This document shows positions 23,701 to 35,131 of a DNA stretch of 64,000 nucleotides, in pieces. The stretch is from Oculina patagonica (lineage: Eukaryota), in NCBI RefSeq assembly GCF_052425735.1, contig NC_135761.1, positions 21,948,001 to 22,012,000 on the forward strand, given 5' to 3'. Under the pieces are notes generated by a model. That model worked only from the letters and a program-made list of their open reading frames with translations. It did not search any database and was not told where the DNA came from. Position numbers and translations under genes: made by a program. Each line of letters starts with the position of its first letter. The stretch's first letter is position 1.

Positions 23701-25308
23701 TCGTCTCGTTTTTACCTAAGCTTTCAGAATAATTGCTCGTTTTGCAATAGATGGCAAGCTGTTTATAGTCTTTATAGCAAGAGTGTACTGGAACATCGGC
23801 GAAATACTGTTTTACTTCGAGCAGATTCTTTCATTTCAACATTGGTAGCTGTTTGTATAAAGTTTTCGCTGATTACAAGACCGCTGGGCCAGTTTCTATT
23901 TATGTTTGGTTAAGATTGATTGACGTTATCAGAAAGGAGGCGCTGGCCTGACTTTGGGACGCTTGTCCATTCACTCATCGATCAGAAGGAGGCGCTGGCC
24001 TGTTTTTTGGACGGTTGTCCATTCACTCATCAGCAAGGAGGCGCTGGCCTCATTTTGGGTCACTTGTCCGTTCACCTTTCAGAAAGGAGGCGCTGGCCTG
24101 ATTTTGCAGAGCAATTTGCCTGCATTCAGCTTATGTTAATTTATTTCAGTTTATGTGATCGCTCGCTTCCATGTAGGTTTATATGGATAAAAATGCCTGT
24201 CACTTCTCTTTTTTCTTCATTATAGATGTTAACTATTCAAGGTTATCAGAGGAGCCCCCAGCTAGCAAGAAACCAAGCACGAAGGACGTCCTGAAGTTGT
24301 TTATGAAGGTTACTTCACAGCAAAAAGATATTCAAAAAAAAAAAAAAAAAAAAATCGTCAAGTTCTTTATAAGATGCGGTATCTTGTCCTCATACTGTCT
24401 CAGTTTAGGTTGTATCGCTTTACAAGCCGCATGCGCATCTTACGTAGTTTCAAGTCTTATGCTGCTTTTATTTTTATTCATGTCCGCATTATCATTAATT
24501 ATTTGGCCGGGTAGCTCAATTTGAAATAGTTTTTTAATAGCGGTTCAGCGTTTGTTAGGGTGTTTATCTCTGCTAATAAAATCATCGATAAGTTTGCTGC
24601 TCCATCAACAAGCCTGAAGGACTTGCGCTTAGCTTGCATATGTTTGTTAGGTAGCGAAAGATTCTTCGAAATGATGTATTGAATAGTTTGTTACCTTAAG
24701 CTTAGCTTTTGGCATTTTGGCTGTTCATTCTAGTTATTTGTTCCTTACGTACATGTGGAAATCTACTGATGTTTACAGTGAAGGGACTAATGTTTAAATT
24801 AAGAGGTTATGTAACTATATTATCTCGTCTCAACAACCGCTTAACATTATTGGATCAATAAGTTTTTTGTGGTTTTTCAATACCGTCTAGCAGAATGGTA
24901 CTAAGCTGTTGTGCGCAAGATGTAGCGAGCTGTTGAAGAACTGTAAAGGATCTTGCTCTGAGAATTTTATTGTCATTGATAGCATAAGCTCGAAGAAGCT
25001 ACATCCGTGGTTAGAAGTAGCGCCAATTTATCACAACGATTACTTTTATTACATTGTACATATAATTATTTTGAAATAACTGCTCACCTTATCCTAACTG
25101 ATTTAATAAGTATTTTGGTACTTCTATTTTTTCTGGTAGGCGTCAACATTAGCTCTAAACGTTCCTTTTTCACTGTATGAAATGTATCAATAAATGTCAG
25201 CTTGGATTGCCTGAGCATCCAACCATCATTCCCTTGGTGTGCATTTTTTGCAGTATTGAAGAAGAAAATAATTTACGTTCGTTTGAGCGTAGCGAATTAG
25301 AACGTAAA
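20712..25308 (+). mobile_element. Decayed Ngaro/DIRS-type (tyrosine-recombinase) retroelement with split direct repeats A1-gag-B1A2-pol/YR-B2
   Basis: Repeat A 20712-20907 = 21526-21721; repeat B 21420-21526 = 25202-25308. Remnant gag RQKAINLADRSKDEW..YESDELA..EDAKRI (~21182-21285). RT/RNase H remnants (FTV/PFG ~22581, FLDE ~22675, SDASATECG ~23156) and YR-like DLRLACICLLG (~24620). Confidence 0.75.
23930..24105 (+). repeat. Short internal tandem repeat, AGGAGGCGCTGGCCT core x4, ~50-bp period
   Basis: Seen directly at ~23935, 23987, 24036 and 24084. Confidence 0.85.
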
Positions 25309-25840
25309 ATTATTTACAGTATATTTACCTTTCTGTCCGGGTTTTCTGGATCTCTCGCGATCTCTTTCCCGTCGCAAATCGCTTAAACCCTGTTTCCTCG
25401 AAGTTAAGTTTACCCTGCTCTCGTTTGTAGTCATCGGCATAACAAGGAGCCAAAATAAATATGTTTGTCTCAAGTTCTAACTTTCAGACTAGCTGAATAG
25501 GATTTAAAAATACGTAGTAATTTTGAAAATTTCTTTGCCAAGAGACCTCACACTGCAAAATTATTTCGCGCCAGTACTGCGCGAGTTGTCAAGACCTTTC
25601 AAGATCCCGGATGTGCGCAACACCGTACGCCGTACGCGCCCGCGAGGCATGCCGCTAGCCATGATGACCATGAAAACTCGGATGCATAGGTTACCTATTT
25701 TATTTCATGTGTTTTTTTTTTTTCATGTGTTTTTTTTATGGGTATGGTGCTCCGCTCTGCGGCCCTTACGGGCCGCTAAGGAGCTCCGCTATAAAATGGA
25801 CGACAAAAACGGCATTTAAATAGTTGTGTGCAAACCTTAA

Positions 25841-28800
25841 AGTGCCTATCACCCTTATCCAGTAATATTATTTTTCGAAAGTCTTTGTATTTTTTAAGCA
25901 TTTTACGAAAAAATAAATCGTATTCTGTGTTTCTTCATTTTTTTATCAGCCGAGCAAAATCCTCATTTTAAGCCTATTTTCCGCCATATTTAACAAAGAA
26001 GGGAGCAATTGGGAGACTGGGTACTAACTTGCTTGTGACGTCGACCCGGTATCTCATTCACGATTCATCACTCGATTTACTGTAGTAAAACAAGGGAAAA
26101 TATGCCGGGTAGATGTGTGGTAGGTGGTTGCTCCTCAGTTCCAGATGTTAAAAACGGTATAGTTCTACATGCTATACCGTTCTTAGGCGATGAAAGAGCT
26201 GAAGCTAAAAAAAGAAGAAAGAAATGGGTCGATTTTGTGAAGGAAAAGCGAGCCAAATGGAACCCGACTCCCAACTCTTCCATTTGCTCAAAGCACTTTA
26301 CCTAAGATGACTATATGCGTCGCTTCACCTTCGCAGACAGTTTGTCAAACAAACCGATCATGCCAAGGTTAAAACGGGACGATTTAGGTCCAACTGCATA
26401 TCCAACCGTTCATGCCGAAGCAGTGGTAAAAAAGCCAGTTGTGAGTGAGAGTGCCAAACGTCGTCTTGAGCGAGCGGTACAGTATCTTGCCCAGTTTCCG
26501 GCCACTTTAGTTTGTAATCGCTATAACTTCTCATTTATGCACGGAAAGTTACTCATTTTTTGTTCAAAGACAGTTCATTTACTTACCTTAAAAATGTACA
26601 AAAATTGGTTGTGCACGACAAGTATTAAAGAAATTATGCCATTTTTTGCAGAAGTAGTAAGTTGCCCAGTTTCCGGCCAGGTGGTCCAGTTTCCGGCCGT
26701 CGAACTAAAACACATTTTCCCCTACAACCGCTCGACTTAAACCGACTTGTAAGTCCCTTGACAAACGAAAAGTAAGTTTCAATATCAGTTTATTCTAATT
26801 TGCTTTCTCGCCTGCCGTTTTATGGAATATTTCCTCGTCAATGACCCGTTACCTTTTCTTTCGCCAGTTTCGCTTATTAGGATGCATTGGCAGTGTATAC
26901 ATATAAATGTTGTAGTTTATCACGCTATGCTTGCTTTAGCCGCTTTTGTACTCTTTGCTAGATATTCATTTCATAAATTTCTCGAGCAGGAGATACTAAA
27001 ATTCAGTTATTTCACTTAATAAAAATGCTTTTGAACAATGTGCTACTTGGTGGCCGGAAACTGGCACAGCGAGTCCAAATCTTTGTTAAAACTCTGACTT
27101 CTGAAATTCAGAAACAGCTGAATTCTGGCTTGTAATGACAGAACCCCTAATCACTTTCATCTTTAATCTAAATTCTGTCAAAAAATTACGAAGCTTCTCG
27201 AAAAGTTTCCTACGAAACGAGCTCTTTGTTTATGTACGGTAGCTTTGATGTGCAGTGAAAAGCGCAAAAATTAGTCGCCTAACGTTTACTCGCGTAAACA
27301 AAGATCGACCTTGCTCGTCCGTTTCTTGACCAAAAAGCCTGCCAGAACCATCAATTTGTAGCGGAAATGTTCCTTTTTCTGTAGGAAAGCTTCGGTGGAC
27401 GAAAATAAAAGATAACTACGAAAATAACCGACGAATGTATTTTTTGGCCGGAAACTGGTACCGGCCGGAAACTGGGCAACAGACTGTTAAGCAATGTTTC
27501 TGTCAATTGTTTTTAACTTCTCGATTCATTTGTACAGCCACTGAAATTTCCTAAAAGCATTAATCAAGTCTTTAATTTCTTTAGACGCTCAAGAATGCAA
27601 AAAGGCGTATGGAGAGTTTTACAACAACTCATGATCAGTCGGCATCTTCCACGTGTAGCGGCGAATTACCGGCAGTACAACCGGAAGAGCCAGAAGTCCT
27701 AGAAAGTCCAGAAGCGCTTGTTGACAACAGCTTCATAGCAGTCGAACAATGCGACGCAAATAGTGTGACTGAGTTTCAGTATTCGGTAAGTAACTTTGCA
27801 GTGTTTTAAGGCCAATCTGCTACTTTTTGCCCGTGTATTACAATCGGACGCCGAGAAATTCGCCTATGGGTACTTTCTAGGATTTATGCCGACTACTAGG
27901 GCATGCAATCAAGGTTGAGTATATCATTTACATGTAAAAGTTTGTGGATATTTCGTTTCGAACTTGTGTTTCACAGTCTGTTTTCTTACTTAGCGTAAGC
28001 TTGTATAATAATATTAGTGTGTATTTTTTATACATATAGAATCAAGAACAATCAACAGTTACAGCTTCCATGCCAGAATGTGTTGAATGCAAGAAGTTGG
28101 ACAAACGAAACCGGGTGCTGAAAAACCACCTTATTACTGCAAAAACCAAACTAAACAACTGCAGACTGGAAATAAAGAAACTTAAGAAACAATTGGAGGA
28201 AAACAGACCAGGTATTTTTTTGTCATGTATTATTATTTTTCATCATGCTGATTAAAAGTTTAAGCTTATGTGAAAAATAGCTACAATAGTATTCCTTTTA
28301 CAATTTTTTATTAATCAGGAATAGATGTCCCACCTGAGAAAATTTTTGATGACAATGAACAACATAATGATGAAGAAAACGAACATGAGGACACTGAAAG
28401 TTTACCGGATGAAACAACAGAAGAAGAACCTGACTTTTCTTCTGATGGATACTATGAACCAGAAACTGACATGGACACTGCCTCGGAGCATGAAGAAGAC
28501 CTGGATTCTGCAGGCGACAGGTGAATTTATTTGTTTTCTATTTTTGTTTTCCTTTCAGCGATGGTTTTCAAAAATAAGTATACAATTCTAACTGTTTACC
28601 CAAGTGTATTATATTCTGCTTTCACACATTAAATACAATGTAGTTGAGAGAATGAAATCACCACCTCCCCCCTTTAATAGAATAAAAAAAAACACATTGA
28701 GGTAAGGGATCATGAGTAAATTTTCGAAATATTCTGTTTTAAAAATGTCTGTTTTGTCACTTTTCCATCCCCTTGCAGAGTGAATATCAATGACACCAAT

Positions 28801-29975
28801 CTGCGCAAGCAACCCAAATTTATAGTATTCCTGTCTCAGCTTCTTCTCCTCTTCAAGTTTTGCCATTCTTGCAAGTCACATAATCCACTCGTAGAAACAA
28901 GGCAAGTTGGCACAATGGCTGTGGTTACCTCCACCTGTACAAACACAAGCTGCGGCAGAAAGGACACAGTTTGGAAAAGCCAGCCAAACATGCCTGGTAC
29001 TAAGATGCCTGCTGGAAATTTCCTTTTATGCATGGCAATCCTACTATCTGGCAGCTCGGCTTCAAAAGTATTGCAGCTGTTTCAGCACATGGGAGTAGCT
29101 TGTTTTTCCCTGAAGACATTCTTCAAGCACCAACGTGTAAGTTATTCATATAAAGATAATAGGATGCAATCCCAATGCCAATTTATAATCTCTGTCAATG
29201 TCTACTTTCAAGAAGTAACCACAGTATTGCCCCCACTGTCAGGCCACCTAGATGAAATGGCCAAGGAGGGGATTCCCCGTTTATTTAGTTATTTTAGTGA
29301 AAGAGGATAATGTGAGTGATAGTATTGTGATGCAGATCGACAACTAGTTTTACAATCAAACCAGGAATTATTATTATCCAAATCCAGGAAAAACTGTTTC
29401 CAGCCGTGCACTTGTACTGGAAGTCATACCAAGAGAAACTTATCAACAAGTTAAAGGAGTTGGGTCAGCCACTGGTCATAGCCGGAGATGGACGCCACGA
29501 TAGTATGGGGCATTGTGCTAAATTTGGTGCATACACCATATTTTGTTGCACTTTACCCCTCATCATTCACTTCTCCCTTGAGCAGGTAAACATGGATAAA
29601 TTGTAATGACCCTTTGACTTTCGGACACAATATTTTTTAGCTGATAAAGCTTGTTATATTTTCCTGGTGAGAAAACAATATTGCATGCCCAGGTTGCATG
29701 TTGGTTTTAAATCTGTTTTATAATAATGTTATATTCTGAATTTTTCTTCAATTTAACATTTAAAAAAAAAGCTTAATTTTTATTTTCCCCTACACCATAA
29801 TTCAGGCAACCAAATAACAACAATAGGCAAAAAAAGTAATGTGATTTTATTGTATCAAGTAGATAAAACTTGTACAGGAATGCATCCTTCTATATTTGTA
29901 GAGGAATGTAGCAGGAAATAGCCCAGCAATGGAGCTCCTTGGGTTCAAGAACTGCTTACTTGAATTCCTTTGATT
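25841..29975 (+). mobile_element. Kolobok-like DNA transposon, 3'-truncated, with an intron-containing THAP + DDE transposase pseudogene
   Basis: Starts TTAA|AG. THAP domain MPGRCVVGGC...W...ICSKHF (26102-; premature TAA at 26303). Later exons CHSC...W.SQP..GNFLL and GDGRHDSMGHCAKFGAYT, typical of Kolobok transposases. No right TIR is visible. Confidence 0.75.
26480..27486. mobile_element. Non-autonomous TIR element (Tc1/mariner-like ends) inserted at the THAP exon splice donor
   Basis: TIRs CAGTATCTTGCCCAGTTTCCGGCC / GGCCGGAAACTGGGCAACAGACTG; repeated internal CCAGTTTCCGGCC motifs; TA on the left, TTA on the right. Confidence 0.7.
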
Positions 29976-29977
29976 AA

Positions 29978-32900
29978 TCATTCAGTACGAGGTCAACAGC
30001 CTGTCCTTAGATAACATGATTTTTATAAGGAACTCACCAACCAAGCAAGACAGAATAATCCAGTGCGAAGTCAATAGGATGTTGTCAGATAACATTAGTT
30101 TTATAAGGAACTGAGGAGAGAATTAAGACCGAATAATTCAGTACGAGGTTAATAGTCTGTCCTAAGATAACATGAGTTCCATAAGAAACTCACAAACCAA
30201 GTAAGACAGAATTATCTATTACGAGGTCAATATGCTATAGTAACTAACCATGAGTTTAATAAGGAACTCACCAACTAAATGAGACAAAAAATCCAGTGCG
30301 ACGTCAATTGTCTGCCGTCAGATAACATGAGTTTCAGTTTCATAAGAAACTCGTCAACCAAATAAGACAGAGAATTCCAGTACGAGTTCAATAGGCTGTC
30401 CTGAGATAACATGAGTTCCATAATGAACTCACCAACCCTACAAGACAGAATAATCTGGTGCTAAATCAATAGGCTGTTGTCAGATAACATAAGTTATAAA
30501 AAAAGCTAAAAAGCGAATTAAAACAGAATATTTTAGTACAAGGTTAATAGCCTGTCCTAAGATAACATAAGTTCCATAAGAAACTCACAAACCAAAATTA
30601 ATAAGACAGAATTATCCGGTACGAGGTCAATATGTTGTCGTCACATAACATGAGTTCAATAAGGAACTCACCAACTAAATTAGACAGAATATTCCTGTAC
30701 GATACCAATAGGCTGTCTTCATGGTCAGATAACTTGAGGAGCATACAGAACTCACCAACAAAATAAAAAAAAAATAATCCAGTACGACGTCAATTGTCTG
30801 ACGTCAGATAACATGAGTTCCATAAGGAACTCGCCAACCAAATTAGACAGAAAATCCCAGTACGAGGTCAATAGGCTGTCCTGAGTTAACACGAGTATAA
30901 GAAACTCACCATGCAACCAAATAAGGCAGAGTAATCCAGTACGCGGTCTATAGGCTGCCGTCACATAGCATGAGTTCCATACGGATCTCACCAACCAAAC
31001 CAGACAGAACATTCCGCACGAGGTCAATAGGCTGTCGTGATATAACATAAGTATAAGGATCTCACCAACCAAATAAGACAAAATAATTCAGTGCGAAGTC
31101 AATAGGCTGCCGTCAGTTAACATGAGTTCAATAACGATCTCAGCAACCAACTAAGACAGAATAATCCAGTACGGGATCAATACGCTGTCGTCAGATCAGG
31201 GGCACCCAACGGAATATTTCGTTAAAATATCTGTTCGGAAGACGATTTGAGATCTAGAATTTTCGGAACATTCATTGTAATTTTTTTTGCTTGCCTGCCT
31301 TTCCTAGGATTTTCGAATATCTAAAAAATGGTATAATTGTTCATTTTTAACGGATTTTTTACTTAAAAAGGTCACCTAGAATTTTCGGGAGCCTTTCTCT
31401 GGCTGGAATTTTCGAAAAGGTAAGTTTTGATCCCTATAACTTTCGGATCACTAGACTTTCAGCTAGGAAATCCGAACAGATAAAATTTTTTTAGGGGATA
31501 AAAATATGCCTATATCTACCGTTTAAATACTAAAATACGTTCAACGGTGCTATCTTTAAGTGGTTTTGAACTATATTCTCGATGGGTGCCCCTGTCAGAT
31601 AACATGAGATTTATAAGGATATCACCAACCAATTAAGACAGAATAATTCAGTACGAGGTCAATAGCATGTGCATAAGCAACTCACAAACCACATAAGCTG
31701 TTGTCATAAGCTGCCATCAGATAACATGAGTTCCATAAGAAACTCACCAACCAAAATAAGACAGAATAATCCAGTACGAGGTCAATAGCCTGCCCTCAGA
31801 TAACATGAGTTCCATGAGGAACACACTAACCAAAAATGACAGAAACTTCCAGTGCAAGGTCAATAGGCCAATAGGTCAATAGGCTGTCGTGAGATGAGTA
31901 TAACGAACTCACAAACCAAATAAGACAGAATAATCCAGTACGAGGTCAATAGGCTGCCGTCAATTAACATGAGTTCCATAAGAAACTTACCAACCAAACA
32001 AGACAGAACAATCCAGTTCGAGGTCAATAGGCTGCCGACAGATAACATGAGTTCCATAAGGAACTCACCAACCAAATTAGAGAGAATTATCAAGTACGAT
32101 GTGATTAGGCTGCCTTCAGTTAACAGCCTGCCGTCAGTTAACATGACTTTCGTAAGGACCTCACAAACCAAGTAAGGCAGAATAATCCAGTTCAAGGTCA
32201 ATAGGCTGTCGTCAGATAACATGAGTACCATAAGGAACTAACCAACCAAGTAAGACAGAATAATCGAGTACGACGTCAATTGTCTGCCGTCAGATAATGT
32301 GAGTTCAATAAGGAACTCACCAAGCAAATAAGACAGAAAATTTCAGTACAAGGTCAATAGGTTGTCTTGAGATAACGTGAGTATATGGAACTCACGAACC
32401 AAATAAGACAGAATAATCCATTACGGGGTCAATAGGCTGCCGTCAGATAACAAGTTCCATAAGGAACTCACTAACCAACCACGACAGAAAATTCCAGTAC
32501 GACGTCAATGGGCTGTCGTGAGATAACATAAGTATAAGGAACTCACCAACCAAATAAGAGAGAATTATCAAGTACGAGGTCATTAGGCTGCCTTCTGTTA
32601 ACAGCCTGCCGTCAGTTTACGTGACTTCCATAAGAAACTCGCAAACCTAGAAATACCGAATAATCCAATAAGTAAGAAAATAAAAATCTAGCATAAGGTC
32701 AATATACTGCCCTCATATAACATGAGTTTCATATGGAACTCACTACGTAAGAAAAAAAGAAACCTTACCCGGCAAAAAAGTAACACAAAAATAATCTAGC
32801 ACGAGGTTAATATTCTGATCTATGATAAAGTGAGTTCCATATCTGATGGAACTCGCCAACCAAGTAAGAACGAATGATCAAAGCACGCGAGTAAGTAAGA

Positions 32901-33070
32901 CAGGATAATCTAGCATAAGGTCAATATACTGCCCTTATATAACATGAGTTCCACAAGGAACTCACGACGTTAGAAAGAAAAAAGAAACCTACTCGGCAAA
33001 AAAGTAACACAAAATAATCTAGCACGTGGTTAATATACTGGTATATGATAGAGGGAGTTCCACATGAAAT
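29978..33070 (-). repeat. 78-bp satellite array in reverse orientation
   Basis: Units of GAGTTCCATAAGGAACTCACCAACCAAATAAGACAGAATAATCCAGTACGAGGTCAATAGGCTG. Confidence 0.95.
31197..31594. mobile_element. MITE with 12-bp TIR and 6-bp TSD (hAT-like CAGGG ends)
   Basis: TIR CAGGGGCACCCA / TGGGTGCCCCTG; TSD TCAGAT (31191-31196, 31595-31600). Confidence 0.85.
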
Positions 33071-34638
33071 GTAAGACTCAGTAATCTAGTAAAAGCTTTT
33101 ATTCTGGTCTTAGATAAGATTAGTTCCTTATGAAAAACGATCCTTTTTTGTTGTAAAACCCGTGCTTAAACAAGCCAATACACCTGCAATTGATCAAGGT
33201 TCCCTTTCTCAGGGTTTTCCAATGGTTAAGTCAAATCTTATTCTGACAAAAGTAAGGATATGAAGAGCAGTAAGACAAAATGGAGCAAGAAAAATAATCG
33301 GATCGGTACAAGAAAAAACATAAAACAAATGTTGGCTTATGCGCCTTCACCTATGTGAAATATTGTACATTTTTGCATGAAACCTTTATCAAAATTTTGC
33401 TGCATTGTGAAAAAGAGCTTTTTGATAAAGTTTAGGTAAATTCGAGATGATAGCACCAAATATTCACTTTAAAGCGTAAGATTGTTTTGTTGTCGATACT
33501 ACCCTGTTCGTCTCATTAAATATCGCTCACAAGAATTACTGTTGGTTGCATTTTTCAGATCACAGGTTTGAAAATTTCCTCACCTGCAATGAGGCGTCAT
33601 TTTTCTCTCGGCGTAAGGGTCAGGTTAGAAATTGCCCATCAATAAACACGTCTCTCATTTTCCTCGTTGAGGCTAAGTTGAAAGAAAAAAACCTTTTTCG
33701 TCCGGATTTTTATAATGACAGAGCGTTCCAGAAATGTTTTTATTTTCTCGGACTTTTTTATTATTTATGATTGAATGCTTTCTCTGTCACTCCCCCTCCC
33801 TCGAGGGTTATGTTGGGGTTCTTTCGAGAAAAATAATTTAATGAACGCCAATGAAAAAAAAGTGGCAACACAACATAATGAAGGGAAAATGGTTATTTAA
33901 TTTCTTGCAATGTTAATGAACTTGAATTTAGTGGCAGTCTTCTTGATTTTATTTTTATTTCATTTATTTCTTTTCTATTTTCAGCAAGATCTTATGGAAA
34001 GGGGTTGTTTTTCCAAAAAAGCATCATTGTCAGCCCCCACTATCTACTGCCCAGTTGTAATAAGTTGTAGTTTGTTTGGCGTGAATCGAAAGACCCGAAT
34101 CACGGTTGGCTTCGCTCGCGTGCATGTGTAGTTTGTAAGTTTGCATGTTCGAGCTTTGAAGCCTGTTATGTCAGCGAAACAACCCGACATTTTTCCACAC
34201 GTGATAAAGGCTCTCATATTTCAAGCATCTACAGAATTTTAAACATTGTCGCTCCTTAAGCTAGTGTTTAATCGGTTGCTTTCATATCAATTTTTACATC
34301 ACGCCTCTCTCAGCTTTTAATCTATTCATATTCAAACAGATCTACCTTACCATCAATTACACCATATTGATCTAAATTTATTTTTTAATTCTCACATTTT
34401 CATGTTTTGCTTTCACTATTTATCATTGATTTAATGTATCTATACTTATTCTTATTGATGTATTTATCCTTATAAGCAATTTGCATGACTTCTTATTAAT
34501 GAAGATAATAGAGGTTTAAAACGTGCTTTGCTGAGACCGATCCAAGTCGGCGTTCCTCAAGGAAAATAAAGTAAATAAATTGGTAAATAAAGTGTTTTTT
34601 TTTATTTTTTTTTTTTTTAAAAAAAAATTAAAAAAAAA

Positions 34639-34674
<36 letters not shown>

Positions 34675-35131
34675 TGGTTGGTGAGTTCCTTATGGAACTC
34701 ATAATAACTGACAGCAGCCTATTGGCTCGAACTAGATAATTCTGTCTTATTGGGTTTGTAAATTCCTTATTGAACCAATGTTATCTGACGGCAGCCTATT
34801 GACCACCTACTGGATTATTCTGTCTTACTTGGTTGGTGAGTTCCTTATGGAACTCATAGTAACTGACCTTATAATAACTGACTCATAATAACTCAAAATA
34901 ACTGACCTTGTAATGGATTATTCTGACTTATTTGGTTGGTGAGTTACTTATGGAACTCATAACAACTGACAGTAGATTGTTGACCTCGTAACGGATTATT
35001 CTGTCTTATTTGATTGGTGAGTTCCTTATGAAACTCAAAATAACTGACTCAAAATAACTGACCTCGTACAGTATTATAAGACAGAATAATCTTTCACGAG
35101 GGCTCCCTTACGAGGTCAATATATATAACTC

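Larger units (their letters stand above)
17824..34529. repeat. Large diverged inverted duplication: left arm 17824 to ~20680, right arm ~29980 to 34529 (about 2 kb of unique sequence plus satellite in each)
   Basis: 17824 AAAGCACGTTTTAAACCTC is the reverse complement of 34511-34529. ORFs 18582-18812(-) and 33546-33770(+) are homologous. The arms carry many substitutions and indels. Confidence 0.9.

Noticed and set aside
17824-34529. Galileo/Foldback transposon with a THAP transposase between long TIRs
   Set aside because: The THAP gene has its own TTAA|AG start and Kolobok-type catalytic motif, and no TSD flanks the large arms. Kept only as an inverted duplication.
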